NCBI GenBank assembly: GCA_038496445.1
Contig: JALMLS010000322.1
Location: 744,001-808,000, forward strand
Source of the DNA: Trichosphaerium sp. ATCC 40318
Taxonomy: Eukaryota > Protista > Tubulinea
DNA length: 64,000 nt
Reading direction: 5' to 3'
The notes beneath the pieces are model-generated. The model was not told where the DNA came from and did not search any database. It worked only from the letters and a program-made list of their open reading frames with translations. The translations under genes were made by a program, and so were the position numbers. This document shows, piece after piece, positions 27,623 through 39,958 of the stretch. Within the stretch, counting starts at the first letter, position 1. Each line of letters opens with the position of its first letter.

Positions 27623-30568
27623 CTAAGAAACACTTCTTTTAATTTTGTTCACTTCCACAGAGAGCGTGCATAACGCCATAATGAGTGAACGGACCGAATA
27701 AAGTAATAAGGAATGCTCAATGCCCTAGAAACCGTGAGTAAAAAAAAGAAAAAAAGAAGAAATTACTCACGTGGTTGATAGAAAAATCACAGGATAGAAT
27801 ATAAATTGTAAAACGTTGAAGGTAGTGATAGCCTTGCGCTTGTGAGAATCCGTATTCATATTATTCTTTCTACAAACATGAGCGCACAGTCTAAAAGCCA
27901 CATTAGATAAAAAAGTACATTTGGATGGTACCTTTTTGCAGCATCCCGCATCTCTTTATCACTCTTGCGTTCATCAAAGCATTCCTAAGAAACACATTAT
28001 GCCGGTAATAGCGTTAAGTCATTAAATGTACAAGTCTAAAAACAGCAAACAAGACATAGTCGTGATTATCTGGTAAATCGCTTTCAAGGAAGAATTTGTA
28101 CATGCGTAGTCTGTTAAAAATGAACGCATTAGCAAAATAGATAATGATGAAAAAATACGCAGAAAAGTACGTGAGTTTTAAGTAGTTGGCCAAGGCATCT
28201 TCGAGGTATGGTTTAACTCGTTCAATTTTAACACTGTCTGGATCACCTTTTTACTTCGTTAACTTAATCAACCTTATGATGGAAAAATGCCACACTGGCC
28301 AGTGGGTTTGACAGGGAGTCATGCCTGAAAGGTTTGTTGGAAACTCAACGTTGCCTGATTTATACCAGAGTACAATTGGAGCTCCCTGAACAGACCAAAA
28401 ATGGAGTTGACCACCCAACCAAAATAGAAAAGAATGTACCTGGTTTATAAATATTAAGGTCAAGGAAGAATGGTTCTAGTTGTTGCAATAACGGAGTTTC
28501 CCACTTGGGTTCTGGTCTTGAAATAAATTCGAGAAATAGTTGCAAGGACTCAACTTGATAGCTACGTAATCCTGGGTCTTCCCCTTTGTAAACCCGCCAC
28601 ACAATATCTTCCATCATAGAATGCGCTTGAATATGTGCAAGCTCCCCTATCATATCAAGAATGTCCTACCAAAAGCATTAGTAACCTCTTCTCATTGCAA
28701 AGTCTTGTCGCAAAAACCAATTGTTTCAAATTGGCTTGTAATTATATAAAACAGTGCAATAGTGGTTGCAAGAAAATTTGCTGAATACATGCTCAGGCAG
28801 CATCTTCAGGAAACGTTGGAGATTCTTCAGCCACTAGTGTCGTTGCAATCGAACAGTATAGTGTATAGATTCACTGATTAAAAACAAACAAGCAAACACT
28901 TACTGAAAACGATGCTGTGTTCAGGTTAACACCAGGCACATCTGGAAGGGTTTGAAGGTTTATCTTGGCATATTCAATTAATTTTTTACTCTGGGATGCT
29001 TTACTAGAACCAAGCATAGCTGTAAAAGGGTATAAGATACAAACAAAGTATGAAACGCACCGAATTGGTCGTGTATCCATACAAAAATAGGTTGCTGTGC
29101 TTCTACTGGGCTTTCCCAGTCTATTGGACGTTCATTACGATTATACTGATCAACGTTAACAATAGGCAACTACAAACACATCAAGGATACCTTGGGGACT
29201 ACTGGGCTCTTTAAAGGCTGATTGAGGTCTGTGGCAAACTCATTTAGAAATCTCGCTGTTGTTGATGATTGTTCGAAATCAGGTTTACCTTGGTATTGCT
29301 TGGCAATGTATGCAGCAACATCAAATTGAAATGGTTCTTTTCCAAAGTTTATGCGAACTTTAGCATTGTTTGACCTCATACCAACAGTTGCAAAGTGTTT
29401 GTGACCTTCTATAACCTACCACAATAATCAGAAACTTTTAAGAGTATCTACAGTCGTACATACTGTCCCGTTTGGACATTCCATATTAAGGTTCCATTCT
29501 TTGTAAAAAATAGTTGTTTAGATGAAAAGTCAAACCCACATCCGATAGTATCATGAATACCCCATTTTGATTTGAAGACATACGTCCAAGCATGTTCTTT
29601 GAAGATAAATATTAACAATAAAGTGATGAACAAATTTACAAAAGAGCATTCGCACGAAGGTACAAGCCACCATCGTCTCTAGTTCAAGAAATTAGTTGAG
29701 TGTCATATATCAGTGACTTATTATTACGCATTATATCCGTATGAATACTTTGCACATCCTGGAAATGACTTGGCCTTTGAAAAATCTTTGAACGCAGCAC
29801 CAACGCAAATACCACTTATATAAGAGTAAAGACTTATAAACAGTCGATTACTAAGGTACACTTACCTATTATGTTGGTCGGCATCTACCACATAAACCTC
29901 ATAGTACGACACAGATGCGATTTTACCAAAAGGAAGTGGTCTCATCGGATTTGACGCTTGAAAACTCTAGAAAAAAGAGCAAAGCGTAATCAGCAATCAC
30001 ATGCCATGTTTAGAGGATGCATACCATAGGATTACCATCGCCAATATATGATATCTCTGTATTATTTTTTGAAAATGATAAACCTTGGTCATGTTCTTCT
30101 GTCCAATAAAAGTCACGTGCGTGACAAAAACATATCAAAAAAAAAAATAGTGACCTTACTTTCTTTTACAAGTTGAAGTGATCTCATGTACGAGTAAAGT
30201 GGGTATCGCTCGTAAAACAGTTGTTTCCACATCATTCCTTTCGGAAGTGTTTGAACCCATTTGTATCTTCTACAAAGGCTTGCCTAAACAACTTAAATAA
30301 GTAATGATCGACAGCAAACACTAGTACCCAAAGAGATTCAGCAGAATACACCTTTTCCCAACTCTTTGACACCAATGGAATCGCATCTATTCACTGTTAG
30401 CTAATTATGCATAGATAAACCGTATACCAGCTTGTTTGATTGGTATCAACTTAATTATCTTGTGGGCGATCTAATACGTATCATGAGGAATAATACACAG
30501 TCTCGAGGTACAATACAAACCTCAAGTGGTATTTTAGACAATAAATCAGTTGCTATTGGTGAGTTCAT
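27623..30568 (-). CDS. F-box + SPRY (B30.2) domain protein with uncharacterised C-terminus
   Basis: N-terminus DLLSKIPLEIAHKII...LVSKSW (F-box); SPRY motifs SYYEVYV, SYGYNADDG, DTIGCGFD...FFTKNG, TVGMRS...VRINFGKEPFQFD. The 3' exon structure is partly uncertain. Confidence 0.8.
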
Positions 30569-31114
30569 TGCTGAGTTTGCTGTTTAAGTACAAGCACGTG
30601 CTTAACACATTAATATCGACTCAAGATAAGCATACTCTTGTTAGGGAATGAAAGATCCTTATCAAGAGGGTAGTAATTGATAGAAAGTTACGCCAACTTT
30701 TTGGCTGAGGTTACTTTTCAAAAAAAAGTGGCTGGACAAAATAATCCTGTCAGTATCAAGTTCAACGCAATAGACAACTAAATTGGCAGTACAAATAGCC
30801 CCCTCAATGTAGGAAAGTGATCTTGACCGCGTTTTGGCGTAGCTGTAAGCTAGGCTTCCCAATATCAACCTTCAAACCAGTAACGGAAATATGTTGGGCC
30901 ATCTTTTGCTCCCTCATGTACATCAAATACGCAGCTTATGATATGATCAAAAGTTCAAGGGTAGGTACAATCGTATTGCCGTTTTCAGTTTGTATAAGTA
31001 CTCTTCTGCTATACATTGAACTTACTCGTGCCTAGTGGTGAGAACACTAAAGCTATTCTTGTACTCCACGACTAGGACAGCTTTTGAAACAATAAAAACA
31101 TTTATTGGACAAAG

Positions 31115-32855
31115 TTAAGTGTACAGTATCATTAAAACAGTTACAGTAATCAACAGTATTAACACATTTTCTTGGAGTATTGCACTGCGAGCATTACTCG
31201 TTGTTTTCATGCAAACGTCTTTGTTTGGTAACACGAATAAAGTAGATGCTAACGGTGTGTTAATGTAAATATCAATGGTGACATGTCCGTACAAATAGTA
31301 GATAGAGTGGCAGGACAGTTCAAAATCTCAGCTTCTACGTCTTTAATATCAACAACACAGTTGTCTTTCCATTCAAAAAGAGCATTAGGTTCATCTATTA
31401 AGAACATCAATACAATCCTTCCTTCAAAGAGATACAATCCGAAACAGTTATATTTGTATCTTTGTTATCAAATGTAAGAACTCCACCAAGCTCCAATGTA
31501 AAGTTACCTTTGAATACGGTTATTGTACAATAAGATAACAATGTTATGTGACGAATCTTGAATATATATATTGTCTGAAATGGTTCTAACATCAGAAACA
31601 AAAACATCTGTTGTAACGATTACTGTACCTTCATCACAAAAACCTGAATCAAAAACTGAAATATTATTACAACTTGCACTAGGCGGCATAGTTGTAGAAG
31701 CAACTGGGGGTTGTGTAGTTGCTGAAGAAACGGTTGTAGGAGAAGTTGTTGAATTAGCGGCTATAGGTGGCATGGTTGTTGGTATTGGAAATGGGTCATC
31801 TCCAAGCATTGATTAGTACGCTAACAAGCAATGAGGGAACGGAACTAGACTATGTTATACATGTGTCAACCATACCATACATTGGCTTTATTGCTTCAGA
31901 ACCTAGTATCTCAGCATTGACTTTGTTCAGCGAATCTATAATGTCTCCATTTGGTGCTCTTGGATTCTCAAAGTCAAAGTATGCTATAAGGTCAGTATCG
32001 TTGGTATCAATTGGATTACTGAATAAAGACTCAAATTCTTCTATTGTTAGAACTTTCGACCAAAATGAAATATTGTCAAGAGTGCCCTATTGGTTGTACA
32101 TTGTGAGAAAAAACACGGATTGAATACGAGATGTTTAAGTTGTTTTTTTTTTTATGTTTGTACTGTCAAGCCATTGATTGCATCGTTCATAGAAGGCTCA
32201 CCACCGATATAACTATCATTCAAAGCCTCATGAACTAGTTTACCATAGTCTCCTTTAAACATGGTCACGTTTTTTCCTATTTCTTTGGAGAATAATAAAG
32301 TTGCATTCCGTTGAGTACTTCTTGCGTATCCAACAAGAAACCATTTATCCTTGACAATCGATGTTCTTTCTTGAAAGATAATTCGACAACTTGTAAGTAC
32401 AGTATGATAATATGCTAATATGTCACAGCCTAGCATTCCATAATCTGAATTACAATCAACTAAAAGCACTAAACAATGATAGAGTACCGATATATACAAA
32501 ATCTCCAAGAGGGCAACCTAGTTCTACAGGAGCATTACAGAAAATAGTAGCTATTTGATCAATTGGTGACGGACAAGCCCTAAAAAACAAAGAATCAAAT
32601 TTGTATCTTTGTTAAAATGACGCTGTTGCTTAAACTTCAACACAGCTGAGCACTTTTCTAGGCTATGTAGCCTACAATTTCTAACTACGATATCTCAGTA
32701 AACTCTCTCTGAGTGCAAAAATTAACTTACCTTGTGCCAAGTCACTCTGATACTGGTTTGCCTGCTGCTGACAGAATAACAACTACTACTCTGCTAAGAA
32801 TAACAATACTAGTTGCTAAAATCGCAAAGAATCTCCATAAACTCAACTCTTTCAT
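31115..32855 (-). CDS. Secreted/GPI-anchored LamG (ConA-like) domain protein with Thr/Pro-rich stalk; in-frame TGA in exon 1
   Basis: Hydrophobic N-terminus; YIGG...GTLDNISFWSKVLT..E...LIAYFDFE (LamG-like); TTSPTTVSSATTQPP linker; hydrophobic C-terminus VLILLITVTVLMILYT*. Confidence 0.65.
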
Positions 32856-33164
32856 TACTAACAATCTTGCTTTACAAAACGCTATGCTGCCAATTTGAGG
32901 TAAGTGTGGTTTCAGATACTTCAAGTATTTACCTCAGTTACTGTTCAATGAACAAGACTTAGGATAGTACAATCTAACAAGGTAGTACGATATACAACAG
33001 TGGAAGTACCCATAGTTTTAAAGGGAACAATCCAATTGTAGAGAACAAAAGCGAACTCTGTGTAACCCTTCATAGCTTATAAATATACACACAATTGCTG
33101 GTAGATGTTTCTCAGGTGTTTCAATAGATAAAACGCTTACATTAACTATCCTAGTATCACTTTA

Positions 33165-33400
33165 CAATTTCAAATTTATCTTACAAGCTCAAAGAACAGT
33201 TCGTAAATATTGACACGTGTTCTTGCAAATACTTCTTACAAGTTCTTAAAACTGCTCATTAATATTGGTACGTGTCTTGGCAGGTGCTTCAAAAAATACA
33301 CATTCATTCTTCTTTGCAAGTTCATATCCTTCTTCTGTGGTTACATGTTTAGCTTCTTCCGTGCCCACTTCTTCCAAGTACCACAGGAAATGTTCTTATA
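33165..33400 (-). pseudogene. Ras pseudogene fragment (last exon)
   Basis: The reverse complement resembles [29 protein letters not shown] of the Ras genes at 36.2 and 38.8 kb, with a premature TAA and an internally duplicated 3' piece. Confidence 0.8.
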
Positions 33401-34125
33401 TCTTCCAAGTCTTAGAGTCTGCTTACCAAAGCCTAGTGCCGCAAGTTTTCATCCAATAGGCAAAACCAAATCTAGTACAAAGTTTCTTTTTACGAAATCT
33501 TAAATGCAGCAAAAACTGTTAAGTTCTCGAACAAAATCGATTCTAAAAGGAATAACAGCTTGTTCAATAATGCTGCGTTTTATGCCAGTGTTTTTCAGTA
33601 ATCTGACGTCAAGGGCAGTAGCGTTTTGGGTTTGAGAAATACAGCTTTTTGTTAGTTCGAAAGCTTGTACTCGAGATGGTTTGTGAACCAGGTAAATCCA
33701 CCAGAGTGTGCAAGGTATTCTATTGGTGTAACTTTATGGAGTACTTGGTATGGTGGTAAGAGCAGAAGATCACGTGCTAATCGGGAGTTAAGTTTTGAAC
33801 GTAGCTTAATTGAAAATACAATAGCGCTATTTCAAGTCAACTCCTTTACTGAGTTTTATACAAGCATCAACTAACGACGATAAGACTGGCGCGTCTAATT
33901 CGAAACTGGCCATTCTAAAACAGCTGTACACGCTCAAGACGCAGCGAAGACTTGCCTTTTACGCTACTTTTTCCTTTTTTGAACGCGTTTAAAGGTGAAA
34001 TAGCAGAATGGTACGTGAAACGCCATATTATACAGCAAACACGGCTTCTTGAACGTTTAACAGCGCAATCCTTTTTGTAAAGTGTGTTATGAAATGAATT
34101 ACGCGTACGACCGTTTTGTAAAAGG

Positions 34126-36006
34126 ATGTGGCCGTATTTCGAAACTAAAATTGTAGAAAACTCGCAAGTTTAATTTTATGTGATTGGTTCCCATTTTCTC
34201 TTTTTTCTTTCTCGTATTTTCTTTCTTTAACATCCTGTTAAGTCTATCATAAAGCATAAGAAGAAATACAGTAAACTATGTCCTTCTTTGCGTTTAATGG
34301 ATATTCCACGTGAGCTACAAACGTATATTTGTACCTTCAATGCTGAAGCATTTACAAAATTCCACACTCTATCAAAAAGAGCAGCAATTAATACACATTT
34401 TGATGAGATGTTACAAAGGAAAGGAGTGTGGATGCAATGGTATAAGAATGGAAATATACGCGCTTCTAAATATGTACTGAACGGACCACACAAACAATGG
34501 TATGAAAATGGAGAACGTAAGGAGCATAGCATGTGGGTTAATGGTAAACAGCATGGTGATTGTAAATTATGGCATCAGAATGGACATCTAAAGGAGCAAA
34601 GCACATGGGTTGATGGTAAATTAAACGGTGAACATAAACTATGGTATAAAAATGGACAACTTGATGAACAAACCATGTGGGTTAATGGTAAACGTCACGG
34701 AGAAAGTAAATTGTGGTTTGAAAAAGGACAACTTCAAAAACAAGTTGTGTGGGTTAATGGTAAACAACATGGTCAAAGTAAAGAATGGTATGAGAATGGC
34801 CAACTTGAGGATCAGCGTATGTGGATTGATGGTAAGCAAAACGGAGAAAATAAAGGATGGTATGAGAACGGACAACTTCGGAAACAAACCATGTGGCTTA
34901 ACGATAAAATACATGGAAAAAGTAAAGGATGGTATGAGAATGGACAACAGAAGTACCAGTGTACATGGGATGATGGAATGCAGCATGGCGAAAGAAAAGC
35001 ATGGTATGAGACCGGACAACTTGAGGAACAAAGCCTGTGGGTTGATGGTAAACAGCATGGCGAAAGTAAGGTATGGTATTCTAACGGGCAACTTGATGAA
35101 CAGACCATGTGGGTTAATGGTAAATGGCATGGAGAAAGTAATGAATGGTATCGGAATGGACAACTTGAGAAACAATGCATGTGGTCTAATGGTGAACTAA
35201 ATGGCGAAAATAAAACCTGGTATGAGAATGGTCAACTTTGGAAACAAACTGTATGGGTTAATGGTGAACTACATGGAGAAAATAAAGAATGGTATGAGAA
35301 TGGACAGCTCTGGAAACAAACCATGTGGATTAATCATAAAATACATGGAAAGAGTAAAGGATGGTATGAGAATGGACGACCGAAGTACCAGTGTACATGG
35401 GTTCATGGAATACAACATGGAGAAAGAAAAGCGTGGTATAAGAGTGGACAACTTGAGGAGCAAAGTATGTGGGTTGATGGTAAACAGCATGGCGAAAGTA
35501 AAGGATGGCATCTGAATGGACAACTTAAAGATCAAACCATGTGGGTTAATGATAAACTAAATGGTGAAAGCAACGATTGGTATGATGATGGGCAGCTCAA
35601 GGAACAAATCACATGGATTAACGGTAAGAAACATGGTGAAGGCAAGGAATGGTATCAGAACGGACAGCTCAAGTTGCAAACCACATGGATTGATGGTAAG
35701 ATAAATGGTAAAAGTAATGATTGGTATGATGATGGACAGCTCAAGGAATTGATCGTATGGGTTAATGGTAAAAAACATGGTGAAAGCAAGGGATGGTATG
35801 AAAATGGCCAAATAAAATACCAAACAAAACACATTGATGGTAAGAAAAGTGGCGAATCAAAACAGTGGTACAAAAATGGACAACTTAAGAGTCAAAGAAT
35901 GTGGGTAGATGATAAAGAACACGGTGTATCAACATGTTGGTCTACAAATGGAGAACTTGAAGAACAAAGCACATGGATTGATGATAAACGACAAAAACAA
36001 AACTAA
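34126..36006 (+). CDS. F-box-like + ~22 x 24-aa MORN_2/YwqK repeat protein
   Basis: 572-aa ORF 34288-36006 (LMDIPRELQTYICTF, then W.NGK.HGESK.WYENGQL repeats). A probable short first exon (ATG 34126) joins in frame through a GC-AG intron at 34164-34271. Confidence 0.9.
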
Positions 36007-36212
36007 CGTGCATTGAAAAAGTATCACGTGTCCACTTAAAGCTGAGATAAAAAGCTAATTTTTAGTAAGGGCGTGATTGTAAGTGCTCGCAACCTTCTCC
36101 AAGGGATCTTGAACACTGCGAACACTATTTCCTCTTTCATTGAAACTAGTACAATAAAAAGCTACGAAACAGCTAAAAGTCAACAAACGCCACCTCATAA
36201 AGTTAGAGTGAC

Positions 36213-37050
36213 ATGAATGAGTATAAAATCGGTATACTAGGCCCTAGAGGAGTAGGGAAATCAGCAACAACAGTACAATTCATCCGAAACGTGTTCGTAA
36301 CAGATTACGACCCAACCATAGAAGATCCGTACGCACAGAGGTTTTTGAATGCTACAACGCTGAAAATAGTCAACAACAACTTTAAACACTCGCTTACACT
36401 AAATTAAAGTAAACAAGTCTCCATAGACAACAAATCTGCCTTGCTTGATATTCTTGATACGCCGGAACCTGAAGAGTACGCTGAAATGGGTGAAGCGGTA
36501 ATTGTAATTTGAGATACTGCAGCAATCTAACAGCAAGTTGCAGAATATTCGAAATGGTGATGGCTTTATTTTAATGTACAGTATTACAGAAAGACAATCA
36601 TTTGAAGAGATGCCAGAATTGTTTGAAACTGTTTACAGGTTCCAGAAATAGAGTCAAGCTTTTCTCAGTTTTTACTTCTTTATTTTATTTGTACCAACTT
36701 GTTAACCAATGCAAAACTATTTTTCATACACATTGTTCATCCAGTGGTTGCTATTTACTGAATATTTAACTTGGTTTTTGACATGCTAAGTATTTGTGTA
36801 CAGGGTAAGAGATACAGAAAATGTTCCTATTGTACTTGTGGGAAATAAAGTAGACTTGGAAGAAAATAGACAAGTTACCACAGAAGAAGGAAATGAACTT
36901 GCACAGAAGAATGAATGTGTATTTTTTGAAGCATCTGCTAAGACACGTATCAATATTAATGAGCAGTTTTATGAACTTGTAAGAGAAATTCGTAAAAATG
37001 ACAACCATCAAAGTCCACCGCCAAAGCAAGGGTGTTGTACTGTAATATAA
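36213..37050 (+). CDS. Divergent Ras-family small GTPase, copy 1 (G12R, altered switch II)
   Basis: [34 protein letters not shown] and C-terminal CCTVI CaaX; three introns. Confidence 0.85.
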
Positions 37051-37596
37051 TAAATTTTATACTTCAATTATAACAAATATTGGAAGTTCACTCATTAAGA
37101 ACTACTATGTCTGTTTGGTTAGTTTTTGATTATACAAAACCGTTACTGTGTAGTAAAAGCTTAGACATGGGATCTTGCCCTTTTAAGAACTATTAGTAAA
37201 CACAAGTTGCACCTTTTTTCACTGTTGCAATTTTGGTTTGCCTTTTTCTTGTCAGTAACAATAACAGTGAAGGTTTATGATATGTATGCATATTATTCAT
37301 TTATAACATGAGAACATTCTTTTAATCATCCTTGGATTACTTGAATAGTAAACAATAGACCTGTTAAAAATGCATTGGCTTTTCGTACCAACGCTTCAAA
37401 ATTAACTTACTAGTCTATGTAAAGAAGTGCTTTACCTTTTCCTTTTTGACTTCAGGCTATGACACTACCCTTTTTTTATTCTAATGGTTCAATGAAAGAT
37501 AAGAATCTTTGACACTCCTGACGGGTACTTCTCTATCTCTGTCATTGACATACCACATGGTCGCTTTGAAATTGAGGTTTTGCAAAACCTGAAAAC

Positions 37597-37632
37597 GGTG
37601 AAGGTAAAGGTATAAGAATGGACAACTTGAGG
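37597..37632 (+). pseudogene. Isolated MORN-repeat fragment
   Basis: ggtgaaggtaaaggtataagaatggacaacttgagg closely resembles the repeat DNA of the 34126-36006 gene. Confidence 0.55.
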
Positions 37633-37639
37633 CGGATTT

Positions 37640-38620
37640 CGCAATAAACAACATGTAACTCCCCAATGTCACAACAAGGATGTGGCGTTTCCAAGCATTA
37701 TGGCAAATCCTCAAAGGAGCGTGTTTTGAAACGGTCAAGCAGAATGCATTCAGCATGTACTACATAACATCTGCAATGCTGGATATAATTTTTCAGGTAC
37801 TCCGATTAGAGCAGCATGCATTGAAGCCTTATGAATTTACCTATGTTGACTGTCCCATGTTTGACAGTTGTTCTAGAAAACAACCCAGCGTAATTGGGAT
37901 TGGAAAAGCCAAGATACCAATGGCATTTCAACTCAAGTGCAATAAAGTTGTTGAAAACGTACTGTAGACAAGCACATATGAACTACATCACTGACAAAAA
38001 AAGTGAGCACTACCCATATGATGAAATTCTTTGGCACAGTGCAATGGCATGGGATTATTGCAGTAAGGAAAATTCGCACATTGTGGAGCGCAGGTGAAGT
38101 ACAAACTTCAATTACTGGGAAAACAGGTTTGTTGCACTTGATCTACTTCTACATCTCTGGCAACATAAAATTTAATGCTAACCTGTTACAATTCATTTTT
38201 AGTTATTATCTTTAAGCGCCACATGGTACCAGGGCATTTCACCTGTGTTGATGAAATCCATATTCCAGCACAATATTTCAATTGCCCTCTAAAAACTCAA
38301 CATTTATTAAGAAACCTGGATCCAAGTGCCTCAATAATTCCAACTAGGTATCTGATTGACTGACTTTATCAACCCTTTGAAGTGAAGCACTAGCAAAAGA
38401 ATTGCATGTGGGATACACAAGAGTGGTCAAGTCCTAAGTTCGACAAATGCAAAGTGACACTTCTTGTTGGTAGGTTTTACTACACCCTCACAAATACTTT
38501 TATTTGTACAAATTTCAAGGCTGGGCCCTTACTCCACAACGTGTTTTTACAGGAAATTGCAAGGGAATTGCTTATCACAGAGACAGAAAAATAAGATCCT
38601 AATTTTGTTGTCAGTTTTTT
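37640..38620 (+). mobile_element. Degenerate piggyBac-like (DDE_Tnp_1_7) transposase remnant
   Basis: In changing frames but in the expected order: MKFFG...GII....IRTLWS, NRFVALDLLLHL and FKRHMVPGHFTCVDE, matching piggyBac motifs F.G..I.MG.......YWS, RNRF..I...LH and Y.P....VDE. Frameshifted; no terminal repeats identified. Confidence 0.65.
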
Positions 38621-38834
38621 TTTGGTGATTGTTCATGACGACCGCGACAAAAGCTAAAATTCTTAGTTTGAGCGTGATTGTAAGCACTCGCAACCTTCTC
38701 CATGGAGGATCTTGTACACTACGAGCACTACTTCCTTTCTATGTTATTAAAATAGATTTCTCTGAAACAAGTAAAATAAAGAGCTACAAAACAGCTAAAA
38801 GTCAACAAACACCACCTCATAAAGTTAGAGTGAC

Positions 38835-39625
38835 ATGATTGAGTACAGAATCGTTGTAATGGGCCCTGGAGGAGTAGGGAAATCAGCAACGACAGTACAA
38901 TTCATTCAAAACGTATTCGTAACAGATTACGACCCAACCATAGAAGATCCGTACGCACAGAGGTTTTTGAATGATACAACGCTGAAAATAGTCAACAACA
39001 ACTTTAAACACTCACTTACGCACTAAGGTATCGTAAGCAAGTCTCTGTAGATGACAAAGGTGCCTTGCTAGAAATTCTTGATACAGCGGGACCCGAAGAG
39101 TACTCTGCCATGCGTGAAGCTGTAATTGTAATTTGAGATACTGCAATCTAACAGCAAGTTGTAGTACATTCGAAATGGTGATGGCTTTATTTTAATGTAC
39201 AGTATTACAGAAAGACAATCATTCGAAGAGATGCCAGAATTGTTTGAAACTATTTACAGGTGGTTTTCTCCGTTTTTTTACTCATTTTTTACACCAAAGT
39301 TAGTTTTCACACACATTGTTCATTCAGTGTTTGCTATTTACTGAATATTTAAACATGCTAAGTATTTGTGTACAGGGTCAGAGATACAGAAAATGTTCCT
39401 ATTGTACTTGTGGGAAATAAAGTAGACTTGGAAGAAAATAGACAAGTTACCACAGAAGAAGGAAATGAACTTGCAAAGAAGAATGAATGTGTATTTTTTG
39501 AAGCATCTGCTAAGACACGTATCAATATTAATGAGCAGTTTTATGAACTTGTAAGAGAAATTCGTAAAAATGACAACCATCAAAGTCCACCACCGCCAAA
39601 GCAAGGGTGTTGTACTGTAATATAA
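38835..39625 (+). CDS. Ras-family small GTPase, copy 2 (Q61P)
   Basis: [50 protein letters not shown]; three introns. Flanks are homologous to copy 1 (36049-37580 vs 38648-40300). Confidence 0.92.
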
Positions 39626-39846
39626 TAAATTTTATACTTCAATTAGAACAAATATTGGAAGCTCACTCATTAAGAACTACTATGTCTGTTTGGTTGGTTA
39701 ATTCGATTATGCCAAATGTTGGACCTTAGAGGTTACCAGAGACGTCAACAGAACTACATAAGCTAATGTACCAATAAAATACAATGTGGTTAAAAACACG
39801 TGGTGTCGAAGATCTGTAAGATCTGACTAAACACGAAAACCAAAAG

Positions 39847-39958
39847 TCACACAGCAAAAAAGTTGCAAACTTGAATGATACGGACACCAGATTTGGTAGA
39901 TTTGGGAGCAGATAATAAGGGTTCCCTGGCGACGATGATGGTCGCATACTATACACTC
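39847..39958 (-). mobile_element. Possible remnant of a piggyBac C-terminal cysteine-rich domain
   Basis: Reads ECIVCDHHRRQGTLIICSQIYQIWCPYH, and lies in a segment not shared with the paralogous flank of Ras copy 1. Confidence 0.35.

Noticed and set aside
29168-29172. Apparent TAG readthrough between in-frame ORFs 29170-29379 and 28978-29169
   Set aside because: A normal-sized 45-nt GT-AG intron (29190-29146) removes the stop and keeps the frame.
34227-35873. Several overlapping alternative-frame and antisense ORFs over the 572-aa repeat gene
   Set aside because: Shadow ORFs caused by the periodic 72-nt coding repeat; no independent protein signal.
34440-35990. Regular 72-nt periodicity resembling a CRISPR array
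   Set aside because: It is a continuous protein-coding repeat with no invariant repeat/unique spacer structure, and there are no cas genes.
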